Origin: Octopus bimaculoides
Lineage: Eukaryota
Assembly (NCBI RefSeq): GCF_001194135.2
Contig: NC_069002.1
Location: 3,720,989 to 3,756,330 of the forward strand
DNA length: 35,342 bases
Direction: 5' to 3'
Shown here: in pieces, positions 27,597 to 34,870 of the stretch
How the letters are laid out: the number at the start of each line of letters is the position of its first letter
How positions within the stretch are numbered: the first letter of the stretch is position 1
Program-made: the position numbers and the translations under genes
Notes under the pieces: model-generated
The model's input: the letters and a program-made list of their open reading frames with translations, nothing else
Databases searched by the model: none
What the model was told of the DNA's origin: nothing

Positions 27597-30500
27597 GTAG
27601 GTAGATAGATAGGTACGTAGATAGATAGGTAGGTAGATAGATAGGTAGAAATCCACTCACAAGATTTTGGTTGGCCTGAGCTATATCAGAAGACACTTGC
27701 CCAAGGTGTGACAAAGTGGGACTGAACCTGGATCCATGTGATTGGGAAGCAAACTTCTTCCTACATAGCCCCACCTGCACCTAAACTGCATGAGTTCCCA
27801 TGCCAGGAATCGAACCCTAGTTGCCTGGGTGAAAGCCAAGAATCCTATTTTTTCTTTTTTTTAATAATTAAAAAATAAACATAACATAAAAAACCCGTGT
27901 GTGTATATGTGTGTGTGTAAATACTCACTGCTTGAGAATGGGATGATTCTAGGAGGTATGGTACCAATGGTCGGAACTGCGATTATTTTTGTGTTCCTTA
28001 TGAAATTCCGATACATGCGCTGTTTTTCAACAATGCCATAAAGTGTGAAGGCAAACTTCTCATAGAGTTTGGCACCCTGGAAAAGGTAAAAATAAAGACA
28101 TGGATGCGAGGTGATGCACTAATACAGCGTGAGGGGCAGAACAATGTAAGGGGAGGGGCAGCGTGATGAGGTGAGGTGTGGTGGGGAGGGGAGGGGAGGA
28201 GCAGTGTGGCGGGAGGNNNNNNNNNNAGGGACAACATGAGGGAAGGTATGGTGTGAGGTGAGGCACAGTGTGAGGTGGGGTACAGAGTGAGATGGCACAG
28301 GGTGAGGTGAGGCACAGGGTGAAGTGAAATGCAGTGTGATGAGGTGTGAGGTGAGGCACTTTGTCCCTGAGCAAGTCACTTTATTTCACATTTAATTCAC
28401 TAAATTTAGTCCACTCAGCTGGCAAAAATGAGTTGTACCTGTAATTTCAAAGGGCCAACTTTGTCACATTCTTTGCCACGCTGAATCTCCCAGAGAACTA
28501 CATTAACGGTACACATGTCTATGGAGTGCTCAGCCACTTGCACATTAATTTCATGAGTAGAGGCTGTTCTGTTGGTCAGATCAACCAGAACCCTCATTGT
28601 CGTAACTGATGGAGTGCCATTTCAACCTACCAAACGACAATTCTGCAGGTGAAAAGAAGGAAGAAAGTTCACAAGAAAAGAAAATCTTACATCATTTTCT
28701 AAATTGGATTCCTTGTCGTCCAGAAAGTCTGTGACGTAAATGTTACGCGTTTGTGATGTTGCAGATTGCTCATTTAGGTATACCATGGTCCACTTCCAGA
28801 AATAATCCATTGCTTTCTTTAAGCGTTCAGTCTCAGCGGCCGCAGCTTCTTCTTGAGCTGAAATGTTTAAATATTTATCACAAAGATATTTATCATATAT
28901 ATACATGAGGGTGTGCTGAACAGTTCCTGGCTTTGAGTAAAAGAAAATACAGCAGGATCGGTTAATTATGATTTGTGGGACAGAGAAGTTGGTGGTTTTT
29001 AGATAGGCTTTTGTGCCATGATTTATTCAACCCTTCAGCACACAGATTACTCTGTCAAATGAAATATTTATTTATTCACATTGCTTTGACTCAATCATGC
29101 AATCTGGGACACCACAGTCTGTGACTATTTTGCTCACCACCACATCCTGGATACTGTTGTAAATGGGGGGGGGGTCACTACTTCTGTAGCCAAATGGAAC
29201 AAAACCCTGATGTATCAGGACCTGTCAGTGAACTATGTCTTCCAGCCTGTGGCGCTTGAGATGTTTGGAGGGGCTGGACCACTAACAGTGAAGTTCTTGT
29301 CCTCATTGGCTGCTGGTCTTACTGAGATGTTAGGTGATGCCTGTCAGGGTGCCTGGCCTTTCCAATGCCTTACCATTACTCATAGTAATGCCATGAGCAC
29401 GTTGGCTCGCTTCAGTAGGTTCCAATGAACTGTGTCATATGCAACTGATTGAAGCACTTGGTGTAACACTGATGTCTTTTCTCTTTCTCTGTTTTGTTTT
29501 CTTTCATAAAATATATTTCTTTTCACTGAATTATTGCAAATTGTAACAATTGTTTTGTACCTCCCGACACAGTAGTAAGCCCGTCAGATGTCGCCGATAG
29601 AAAAACAGCAGAGTGTTGTTAAAAAAAAAAATCATGCATTATCTCAAAGCTTTGAGACTTCAATGATATGATTATTTATTTTTAGAATGACATTGTAGAG
29701 TAGGTATAAGAGGTAGGATCTGGCTTGTTTCAACATAAAACGGTTAGACTATTTGGTGTCTGGTGTGGTTAGTTAACTGCAGAAGGGTTAATCTTAGCAT
29801 ACATAAGCATTACCTGATACAAAAATGTTAGGGGAAGAATATGAAAGGATATTTTTATATATAAGATGTGACATAATATACATATGGGCCAAGAACAAAT
29901 GTAAAAAAACCTCAAAAGTAGGTCGTTACAGTAATTTGTATTTACCAATTAATCTTGAGTCTTTAGGTATGAGGTTGTCCTTGTTTATCACCTCAATGGC
30001 CAAACCAGTATAATGGGTAGAACCAAACTTCACAACAACATCAATCAGGATATCAATATCAGCTAAAAGTATTGGTAAACTGGGTTCATAGAATCCGCTA
30101 ATAACAGCATAATAGTTAGGACCAAATTCTGGCTCATCATCTGTGTAGAGAAACAAAGAATTTGTATAATTAGTCAGAAAATTTTGTGATTAAATAACTA
30201 AATGGCAGGATTGGTAGAACACCAGACAAAATAATGGAATTAATTGGTAGAATAGAATTGGTAGAGCAGAGGAGAAAAATGATTCTTCCAGTTGTTAATT
30301 GAATCATTTTGTCCACTTTTCTGTTGATTTTTAATTTATTCAATGGAACATACAAGTAAGGCATAATCCTGGCCCCCAGCTGGGAGGGGCAATATCTCTC
30401 AATAAGGTTGACGGTTTGTGATAACTCGGCCATCTCGTGCCAACTTGAAACAAATGGGCATAAAATTAATGAGAAAGCTGCTGCTGTTGCTGATGATAAA

Positions 30501-32871
30501 GCCACTACCAACATGGCCACCACCAATGAATGATGTTTGACAGAGAAAATTTGGTGTCAATTAATTAAGCAATATGATTTTTATAAGAAAATCACCCATA
30601 GTTCCCGGCAATCTTCTTCCCCAAATCACCATTTTAGTAGCAGCAAAAAAAAAGAAAACTGAATTTTTTTTTAAAAAGTCAAGAAGACAGTAATTTACCG
30701 ATATATTTGTAGTCATAGATTTCTTCAGAACGTTTCTTTAGGTGTGTTCCTTCTTTGATGCTGCCTTCTTCAACTGGTTTAGCAGCAGCCGTTTTCTTCC
30801 CAGCAGCCTTGGCCCCTTTACCAGTTTTAACCTTTTTGAGGTCGACACTCTGCAAGGATGCTTTACGCTGTACAACACGAAACAGTTTGGGAAAAAAGTG
30901 AACACTCGTGCAGTGCAAGAACAGCGTGGAGGTGTGTATATGGTGGTGGTGGTGGGGTTACAAGTAAGTGTGCAAGTGCATGTGCATAAATGTGCAAATG
31001 TGCATGTCTGCATGGACATAAGCATGCATGTATATATTATCAACCCCGGAAGGATAAAAGGCAGAGTCAACCTCGACAGAATTTGAACTCAGATCGTGAA
31101 GACAGACGTAATGCTACTCAGCATTTTGTCTACTGTACTAACAGTTCTGCCAGCTCACCATCTTAATAATTATAATAATAATTCTTCCTTCTAATTTTGG
31201 TACAAGGCTAATCAATTTTAGAGGGGGTGAAGTGGATTGCATTGACCCCCAGTACATGCCTGGTACTATGCCTTATTAACCCTGAAAGGATGTAAGGCAA
31301 AGTCAGCCTCAACGACAACTGAATGAAGAACATTAAGCCAAAAGAAATACTGCTAGGAATTTTGTCCAGCAGGCTAACGAGACCAGAAATATTGGGACAA
31401 GGCACAATCAAAATGACTCGACCCCAGTATTTTATTGGTATTTATTTTCTTGGAACTAAAAGAATAAAGGACCAAGTCAGCTACAGCAGAGTTCAAACAC
31501 ACACGGAGGGAGAGCAGGGTGCGTATGTGTGTATGTGTACAAGCTTGTGCATGTTAGTTACATATAAGGTAAACAGGATACGTCAATGTTTGAGAATGGA
31601 CGGAAGCTCATAGGGATAATAAACAACAACAATGTTAATCCTTTTTCTGAATAATTAGATTCTTAAAGCACATACATAAAGTTATAAATGTTTGCTTGCT
31701 TTGCTTTGCTTTGCTTCATGTTCTTGCTTGATGGGGTTGGGGTCCCAGAGATGTCATCATGCAGGGAACTGACCAGGTCCACAAGTGCTCTCCATCGCTA
31801 GCAGTCCCATGCCAGCCCCGCTGCAACCTCCAAGGTGATGTCAAGCCTCTGGAGATCTTCCCCAGTCACATCCAGCCATCTGGTGTGAGGCCTACTTCAA
31901 GGCTTCTTGCAGCCCACAGCTGCTGCATCAAAAGAGAGTAAAACCCTGGTAGGTTGACCTAGTGGGAGATGGAAGACAATGTCTGCACCGGCACATGCGA
32001 TGGATAGCTATGAGGTGGGAGGCTGCAGGCTGATGCATGCACATATAGTTCTTTGTTGGAAACATGATGGTCCCATCTGATGCTCTTGATGGTTCTCAGG
32101 GCTCTGCTATTGAAGCTGTCGATCCTCTTTTCCAGGGTCTTCGAGAGGGACCACATTTCTGCTCCACAGATAGCTTTTATTTATAGCTTTATGTGTGCCA
32201 CAAGAATCCACCATTTCAAAAAAGAATTATTTTGCATTCTCTCAAAAGTTTAGAAAATTCTTATAACAACGATGATGATGATGATGATGAGGCAATAATG
32301 GAAACAATGCTGATGATAAAAGCAGTGATAAGTATTACAACAATAATGAAAATGATGATGATGATGAAAATGTAATGCTACCTACTTTTTCTACAGGTTT
32401 AGATTTGCATATGTCGTCAGATTTTAATGACAACAACTTAAACTTGATAAGTTTGGCCAAAAGCTCACTAGGAATTGGTTCCTTGCTATCCAGAAAGGCT
32501 TTACATGCCTCGCATACCTCAACATATTGAGGGGTATCTTTACTCCGACCTTTTGGATTGCCAAAAACGTTTACCTAGAAAATAAGATGTACAATATAAC
32601 ATATATGTGTGATTCCCCTATTGGTCACAGCTATTAGAAGGGAGATAATCATGTATTCACAATATTTGGTGGGATTTTGATAGTAACTTTGAAGTTTCAC
32701 TCGATGACTTATTCAGACAGTTTGAATAGGCCATGTGATGAAACTCCAAAGTCACAGTCATTAAAATTATTTAAAACATCATGTTCAATAATAGTAGTGA
32801 GTCTTTTAGTCAGTTACTATATCTGGGTTTTTTTTAGTGTGTGTGTGTGTGTGTGTGTGTCCTTGTCTGAC

Positions 32872-32902
<31 letters not shown>

Positions 32903-32913
32903 ANNNNNNNNNN

Positions 32914-32945
<32 letters not shown>

Positions 32946-33341
32946 ATTGAGTGTAGTGCCATCATGAGGCATTAACACACTACTGGAGGATTATCTGGGA
33001 ACCTCATGGGTGAAGGGTCCCAATTTTTATCTATGTATGCTGTGGCTTACTATCAATAAATAAATAAAGCCCAGTTCATTGATTTGCCCTGGGGCCTATA
33101 ATGCTAAGATGACCCTGCCTGAGAGAGAGAGAGACTGAGAAGGAAGAGAGAGAGAGAGAGAGAGAGAAAGAGGGATTGCAAAGGTCAAAGAGACACTGAC
33201 CTCCTTGTACAGACTTTGTTGTGTGATGATACCAAAACGTCTCCGAGATCCACTGTTGATTGCCGAAGTCAAGTTGTTGACATTGATGACATCCTCTGGT
33301 TTGTTCTCGACAATCAAGGCAATAAACACTTTCCAGCCTGG
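2460..33341 (-). CDS. SPAG17: SPAG17 (PF6 orthologue), 33 coding exons traced; start exon and terminal exon not resolved
   Basis: Manual exon tracing on the minus strand: GT-AG junctions with compatible phases, 5788 nt, no internal stop. Peptides match recalled human SPAG17 motifs in colinear order (DDEP, DMRYY..L, SNIGFRN, FGSF.ATL, V.H.DGTRIT, NTGVD.CRFK.KQPPP..GLK..Y..GP.AAG). Homology is from memory and was not computed. Confidence 0.93.
2960..3182 (-). mobile_element. SINE family D, tail type 3
   Basis: Reverse complement shows the same head and core, then aatgagtaatcctgcaaggagccagtgccctatctaggtggagaatatatatgccatggaaacc. Confidence 0.75.
3257..3499 (-). CDS. SPAG17: SPAG17 exon 32/33 (0/0), start of the C-terminal PapD/ASH-like domain
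   Basis: ..LELSVNEIQFGKVRVGQTYEKSFFLRNTGVDSCRFKIKQPPPSSGLKILYRLGP; TTCCAG acceptor, GTAAGT donor. Confidence 0.93.
3590..3760 (+). mobile_element. Interspersed repeat family E (SINE-like 3' part)
   Basis: ..ggtgccccagcatggccacagtccaatgagtgaaaacaagg; copies at about 2280-2420(+), 7810-7905(+), 13625-13815(-), 14735-14775(+), 5255-5300(-). Confidence 0.7.
3808..3958 (+). repeat. (GAT/GGT)n compound microsatellite
   Basis: Visible directly. Other simple repeats: 1-70 (TA/GATA), 4190-4290 (TA/CA), 7535-7790 (GA, CA/TA), 20155-20330 (TGA), 20510-20575 (CATCAA), 27540-27645 (GATA), 32838-32942 (GT/GA). Confidence 0.9.
4025..4110 (-). CDS. SPAG17: SPAG17 exon 31/33 (1/0)
   Basis: LEIPGNTILPKLFISTPTTHSPDMINEM; GTAAGG donor; alternative in-frame acceptor 6 nt upstream. 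Confidence 0.78.
4978..5067 (-). CDS. SPAG17: SPAG17 exon 30/33 (1/1)
   Basis: SLTGDEAPQLKQLAEITRPNLFQRHSEPL; ATTCAG acceptor, GTAATA donor; supported by phase fit only. Confidence 0.65.
5819..5965 (-). CDS. SPAG17: SPAG17 exon 29/33 (1/1)
   Basis: DIAEAETPQGLRPINPSPAHASGNASPTSVRPTNPTPHISNVPFTDRP; TTTCAG acceptor, GTGCGT donor; a different frame from the ORF-track translation. Confidence 0.8.
6405..6498 (-). CDS. SPAG17: SPAG17 exon 28/33 (0/1)
   Basis: EEKLDEELKNHCIFNGIAEEPEEEDSSLTVT; CTTTAG acceptor, GTAATG donor. Confidence 0.78.
6835..7135 (+). mobile_element. R4/Dong-like non-LTR retrotransposon relic (restriction-like endonuclease domain)
   Basis: ILWDFMIQYDHEIENRKPDKVLMEKESKRCWIIDIAFPAD..KEERKVDRY..L*SMKKVVGVPIIVGAL; PD..D-type RLE motif with an internal stop. 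Confidence 0.8.
7181..7386 (-). CDS. SPAG17: SPAG17 exon 27/33 (1/0)
   Basis: ..IRKALRNKTIPNYFESVFGKTFLANQE; AAG acceptor (first AG after a long pyrimidine tract), GTGAGA donor. Confidence 0.85.
8110..8338 (+). mobile_element. ~230 bp piggyBac-like MITE
   Basis: Ends in aatgctaaagggTTAA; homologous along its length to the copies at 19895 and 21312. Confidence 0.7.
8492..8664 (-). CDS. SPAG17: SPAG17 exon 26/33 (2/1)
   Basis: VHRGLYNYIYYKFQRHFQLENLTVFDTRKAEEEAKA..; GTCCAG acceptor, GTAAGT donor. Confidence 0.88.
8785..9110 (+). mobile_element. SINE family D, tail type 2
   Basis: Same head and core as the 15205 copy; a different tail shared with about 28370-28620(+). Confidence 0.8.
9749..10526 (-). 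CDS. SPAG17: SPAG17 exon 25/33 (1/2), 778 nt
   Basis: ..AMVECPSYATI..CETTDVKGNTFYV..QHSPRYFILHRDG..IIPPGF..LLETRQFTQYE; TTCCAG acceptor, GTGAGA donor. Confidence 0.93.
10750..10860 (+). repeat. Minisatellite, ~25 bp unit (acagacaacattatcaaacacacac), 4-5 copies
   Basis: Tandem units visible directly. Confidence 0.85.
11298..11442 (-). CDS. SPAG17: SPAG17 exon 24/33 (0/1)
   Basis: TMMTRDDNVILISEPSGKTTVEHQDGTRITSYFE..; TTACAG acceptor, GTAAGT donor. Confidence 0.93.
12070..12248 (-). CDS. SPAG17: SPAG17 exon 23/33 (1/0)
   Basis: ..MKWTVIQSNGQKVILYPGGKKEYLPKVLFSMKSDVKSGQ; ATTCAG acceptor, GTCAGT donor. Confidence 0.87.
13220..13298 (-). CDS. SPAG17: SPAG17 exon 22/33 (0/1)
   Basis: VLHADGTVAHGEFASDKQIMHTTEKS; TTACAG acceptor, GTATTT donor; follows a 127 bp intron. 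Confidence 0.82.
13426..13589 (-). CDS. SPAG17: SPAG17 exon 21/33 (1/0)
   Basis: NNDDYLIVRQSFPF..EERRTVLPNGTVIKKMKNGKYH; TTGCAG acceptor, GTAAGT donor. Confidence 0.92.
14119..14242 (-). CDS. SPAG17: SPAG17 exon 20/33 (0/1)
   Basis: MVIGFSKK..FGSFPTLYLTCPDGLKIDYDVLHSK; TTACAG acceptor, GTAAGT donor. Confidence 0.88.
14814..14941 (-). CDS. SPAG17: SPAG17 exon 19/33 (1/0)
   Basis: NIDQTSSMKDIKDQLFMSSESFFKERSRKRSRFSMDRFQSSD; TTGCAG acceptor, GTAAAC donor; chosen mainly on phase fit. Confidence 0.75.
15205..15540 (+). mobile_element. tRNA-derived SINE, family D, tail type 1
   Basis: A box tggctcagtgg, B box gagttcgattc, core gtgttcttgagcaagacactt..cactcagctg..aaatgagt; tail fragment also at about 9390-9460(-). 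Confidence 0.82.
15571..16120 (+). mobile_element. Mariner transposase N-terminal (HTH) relic interrupted by a SINE
   Basis: KQNIIIEFLTKE..AVYRGDTTDKSNVHRQTKKFKE before the SINE; degraded NEIINEER*VKIYELA after it. Confidence 0.65.
15748..15980 (+). mobile_element. tRNA-derived SINE, family A, full length with flanking direct repeat
   Basis: A-box-like gagctggcaga, B box gagttcaaatt; aagaaacatcaaagataaa repeated at 15719-15737 and 15979-15997. Confidence 0.85.
16242..16436 (-). CDS. SPAG17: SPAG17 exon 18/33 (1/1)
   Basis: ..PIFSEFGSFTATLADGVVLAYSQFGPTG..; TTTCAG acceptor, GTATGT donor. Confidence 0.9.
16652..16820 (+). mobile_element. tRNA-derived SINE, family B
   Basis: ggcgtaggagtggctgtg..gggttcagtccc (B-box-like)..ggaaactgaaagaag; other copies at about 74-118(-), 12388-12475(+), 13010-13160(-), 27240-27375(+), 27645-27775(-). 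Confidence 0.8.
16825..17060 (+). mobile_element. Interspersed repeat family C (SINE body/tail, often ending in (GAT)n)
   Basis: Shared core ggtggcacgtaaaaagcac..gagtggttggcgttaggaagggcatccagctgtagaaa; copies at about 4500-4835(+), 6075-6335(+), 12715-12850(+), 13900-14005(+), 14440-14650(+), 18010-18062(+), 19022-19330(-), 23100-23215(-). Confidence 0.8.
17181..17318 (-). CDS. SPAG17: SPAG17 exon 17/33 (1/1)
   Basis: AKNVRCSVLLNGHVFSVHILNP..; TGACAG acceptor, GTAAGT donor. Confidence 0.87.
17772..17883 (-). CDS. SPAG17: SPAG17 exon 16/33 (0/1)
   Basis: FSGYKLDDNLIKLTSKCYTMFPCDGSQIRVTTENFLT; TTACAG acceptor, GTAACT donor. Confidence 0.9.
18231..18649 (+). mobile_element. Non-autonomous hAT relic
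   Basis: LSLLTIDADVLPKINFEDLIKDFAIQKSR resembles the hAT dimerisation C-terminus; degenerate TIRs cagcactggattaa and ttaatcccactctg; no clear 8 bp TSD. Confidence 0.6.
18767..18919 (-). CDS. SPAG17: SPAG17 exon 15/33 (0/0)
   Basis: QDKSPDKEKRIMSRCSIKTPR..DRPELP; TTTCAG acceptor, GTAAGT donor; phase fits both neighbours, low-conservation region. Confidence 0.8.
19704..19858 (-). CDS. SPAG17: SPAG17 exon 14/33 (1/0)
   Basis: ..DQFTRPHSLKASKKEEHLLK..KSPPR; TAGTAG tandem acceptor, GTAAGA donor. Confidence 0.85.
19895..20122 (+). mobile_element. ~230 bp piggyBac-like MITE
   Basis: taaccccttcagcatt at the left and aatgctaaagggTTAA at the right form the terminal inverted repeats. Confidence 0.75.
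20707..20903 (-). CDS. SPAG17: SPAG17 exon 13/33 (2/1)
   Basis: NFMFYVADEIKEWSLEEDKKELEQ..; TTACAG acceptor, GTAAGT donor. Confidence 0.9.
21312..21542 (+). mobile_element. ~230 bp piggyBac-like MITE
   Basis: TTAAccctttagaatt at the left and aaagctaaacggttgaa at the right; same family. Confidence 0.72.
21694..21848 (-). CDS. SPAG17: SPAG17 exon 12/33 (0/2)
   Basis: VLFEAMYFQPHYTKYYHIREDSLYLILDNPYN..WHVQLYSNIGFR; TTTCAG acceptor, GTGGGT donor; absent from the ORF track. Confidence 0.9.
22170..22327 (-). CDS. SPAG17: SPAG17 exon 11/33 (1/0)
   Basis: ..IKASRQRNLEKWNYLEHLSSSVFHQ; TTTCAG acceptor, GTAATA donor. Confidence 0.88.
23266..23445 (-). CDS. SPAG17: SPAG17 exon 10/33 (1/1)
   Basis: VNFVLQQSVFQTLQLPHVDKEGLL..NAWDHP..; GTATGT donor, with an alternative same-phase GTAATA donor giving a low end of 23278. 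Confidence 0.8.
24111..24375 (-). CDS. SPAG17: SPAG17 exon 9/33 (0/1)
   Basis: VIDDKLEEKEVPKEEPLRLISYKD..EFLHFCSKDGVSYK; TTATAG acceptor, GTGAGT donor. Confidence 0.88.
24511..24790. promoter_or_regulatory. Intronic CpG-rich promoter-like element
   Basis: 17 CpGs in 280 bp; TGCGCATGCG (24686-24695, NRF1-type), ACTTCCG (24705-24711, ETS), CTGACG half-CRE, CAAGATGGCGGCC (24751-24763, YY1), CCAAT (24762-24766), a second AATGGCGGCC. Confidence 0.55.
25762..25899 (-). CDS. SPAG17: SPAG17 exon 8/33 (0/0)
   Basis: VVAIERHTLPPREYQPPPTIDGLNQDLAKHL..DNCSE; TATTAG acceptor, GTGAGT donor. Confidence 0.9.
26170..26580. repeat. Probable interspersed repeat, class unknown
   Basis: Single copy in the window; complex sequence recalled as a common octopus repeat, not demonstrable here. 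Confidence 0.3.
26833..26984 (-). CDS. SPAG17: SPAG17 exon 7/33 (1/0)
   Basis: ..DTLDMRYYDDLMDTIPMECVTIPLVLHAMIEQ, a strongly conserved SPAG17 motif; TATTAG acceptor, GTTTGT donor. Confidence 0.92.
27929..28076 (-). CDS. SPAG17: SPAG17 exon 6/33 (0/1)
   Basis: GAKLYEKFAFTLYGIVEKQRMYRNFIRNTKIIAVP..; TTCCAG acceptor, GTGAGT donor. Confidence 0.88.
28130..28360 (+). repeat. G-rich degenerate tandem repeat (gtgaggtgaggcacag-like) with a small N gap
   Basis: Visible directly. Confidence 0.75.
28691..28857 (-). CDS. SPAG17: SPAG17 exon 5/33 (1/0)
   Basis: AQEEAAAAETERLKKAMDYFWKWTMVYLNE..LEND; TTTCAG acceptor, GTAAGA donor. Confidence 0.88.
28906..28975 (+). mobile_element. Mariner-type MITE terminus
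   Basis: gagggtgtgctgaacagttcctggcttt resembles a mariner-type TIR (recalled, not searched). Confidence 0.4.
29100..29430 (+). mobile_element. CRE-clade-like non-LTR retrotransposon relic (RLE C-terminus)
   Basis: WDTTVCD..KTLMYQDLSVNYVFQPVALEMFGGAGP..KFL..FQCL....N resembles WD.TV..K..KY..L...Y.F.P.A.ET.G..G..FQRLS.....GN. Confidence 0.7.
29620..29791 (-). mobile_element. piggyBac-like MITE, partial and reversed
   Basis: Reverse-complement match to the family interior; ends in gaagggTTAA. Further fragments at about 21881-21920 and 22705-22770. Confidence 0.55.
29946..30140 (-). CDS. SPAG17: SPAG17 exon 4/33 (1/1)
   Basis: DDEPEFGPNYYAVISGFYEPSL..VVKFGS; ACACAG acceptor, GTAAAT donor. Confidence 0.9.
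30699..30867 (-). CDS. SPAG17: SPAG17 exon 3/33 (0/1)
   Basis: RKASLQSVDLKKVKTGKGAKAAGKK..THLKKRSEEIYDYKYI; GTAAAT donor; alternative in-frame acceptor at 30849. Confidence 0.85.
31690..32175 (-). mobile_element. RTE-like LINE 3' end with an (AAGCA)n tail
   Basis: WSLSKTLEKRIDSFNSRALRTIKSIRWDHHVSNKELY, then degraded RPHTRWLD..EDL..RWRALV, then a tandem GCAAA tail at about 31693-31720. Confidence 0.75.
32386..32574 (-). CDS. SPAG17: SPAG17 exon 2/33 (0/0)
   Basis: TTCTAG acceptor, GTAGGT donor; VNVFGNPKG..QYVEVCEACKAFLDSKEPIPSELLAKLIKFKLLSLK..VEK; absent from the ORF track. Confidence 0.85.
33201..33341 (-). CDS. SPAG17: SPAG17 exon 1/33 in window (phase 0/0)
   Basis: TTACAG acceptor, GTCAGT donor; PGWKVFIALIVENKPEDVINVNNLTSAINSGSRRRFGIITQQSLYKE (47 codons). 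Confidence 0.85.
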
Positions 33342-33349
33342 CTGTAAGA

Positions 33350-34118
<769 letters not shown>

Positions 34119-34347
34119 TTTTGGCACAAGGCCAGCAATTTCTGGGAGGTGGGCAAGTTGATTACATCAGCCCCAGTGTTCAACTGGTATTTATTTCATT
34201 CACCTCAAAAGGACAAAAAGCAAAGTTGACCTCAGTGGAATTTGAACTCAGAACGTAAAGAGGGACAAACTGCCACGAAGCATGCTAACAATTCTGCCAG
34301 CTCACCACCCTAAGAATATTGATGAAAATGGCTTCAAATTTTACATA

Positions 34348-34870
34348 TACAGACATCTCATTTTAACGGCCTCAGATTCAACACGGAGGCCAACATCAAG
34401 TGCCTGGACAAGGTAGTGTTACCCTGGGCGAAGAAGGTGGCTGCTGGAAGTCCTGGTGTCTGGCAACAGGACTCTGCACAATGCCACACAAGCAGGAGAA
34501 CCCAGTCATGGCTGTCTGACTATTTCTGTGACCACATCACCCCTAACTCCCCAGACTGCAACCCCTTCAATTATGTGTGGGGCACAGTTGAGCGAGAAAC
34601 CAACAAAACTCCTTGTAACACCAAAGATGAACTGGAGGCAAGGATTATGGCAGCATTCACCAACAAGGAGACCATCCAGAAGAGTTGCAGGAGATTCCGA
34701 AGTCGTCTGGAGGCCGTGGTTGAAGCCAATGACGATTTCATTGAATAAATTTACTCTTTAGTATTTCAAGATATTTTTATGCAATTTTGGTAAATATATC
34801 TGTTAAAATGAGATGTCAGTGTTATTTTCATTTTTGCGTAGTTTAGACAATTTATTCACCGCACCCTGTA
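34348..34870 (+). mobile_element. Internally deleted Tc1/mariner-superfamily DNA transposon
   Basis: WQQDSAQCHTSRRTQSWL..NSPDCNPFNYVWG..EAVVEAN catalytic C-terminus; 16 bp inverted repeat at 34352-34367 and 34802-34817; right end GCACCCTG followed by TA. Confidence 0.85.

Noticed and set aside
33085-33118. hAT-like end (ggggcctataatgctaagatgaccctg)
   Set aside because: No matching left TIR, TSD or coding remnant found
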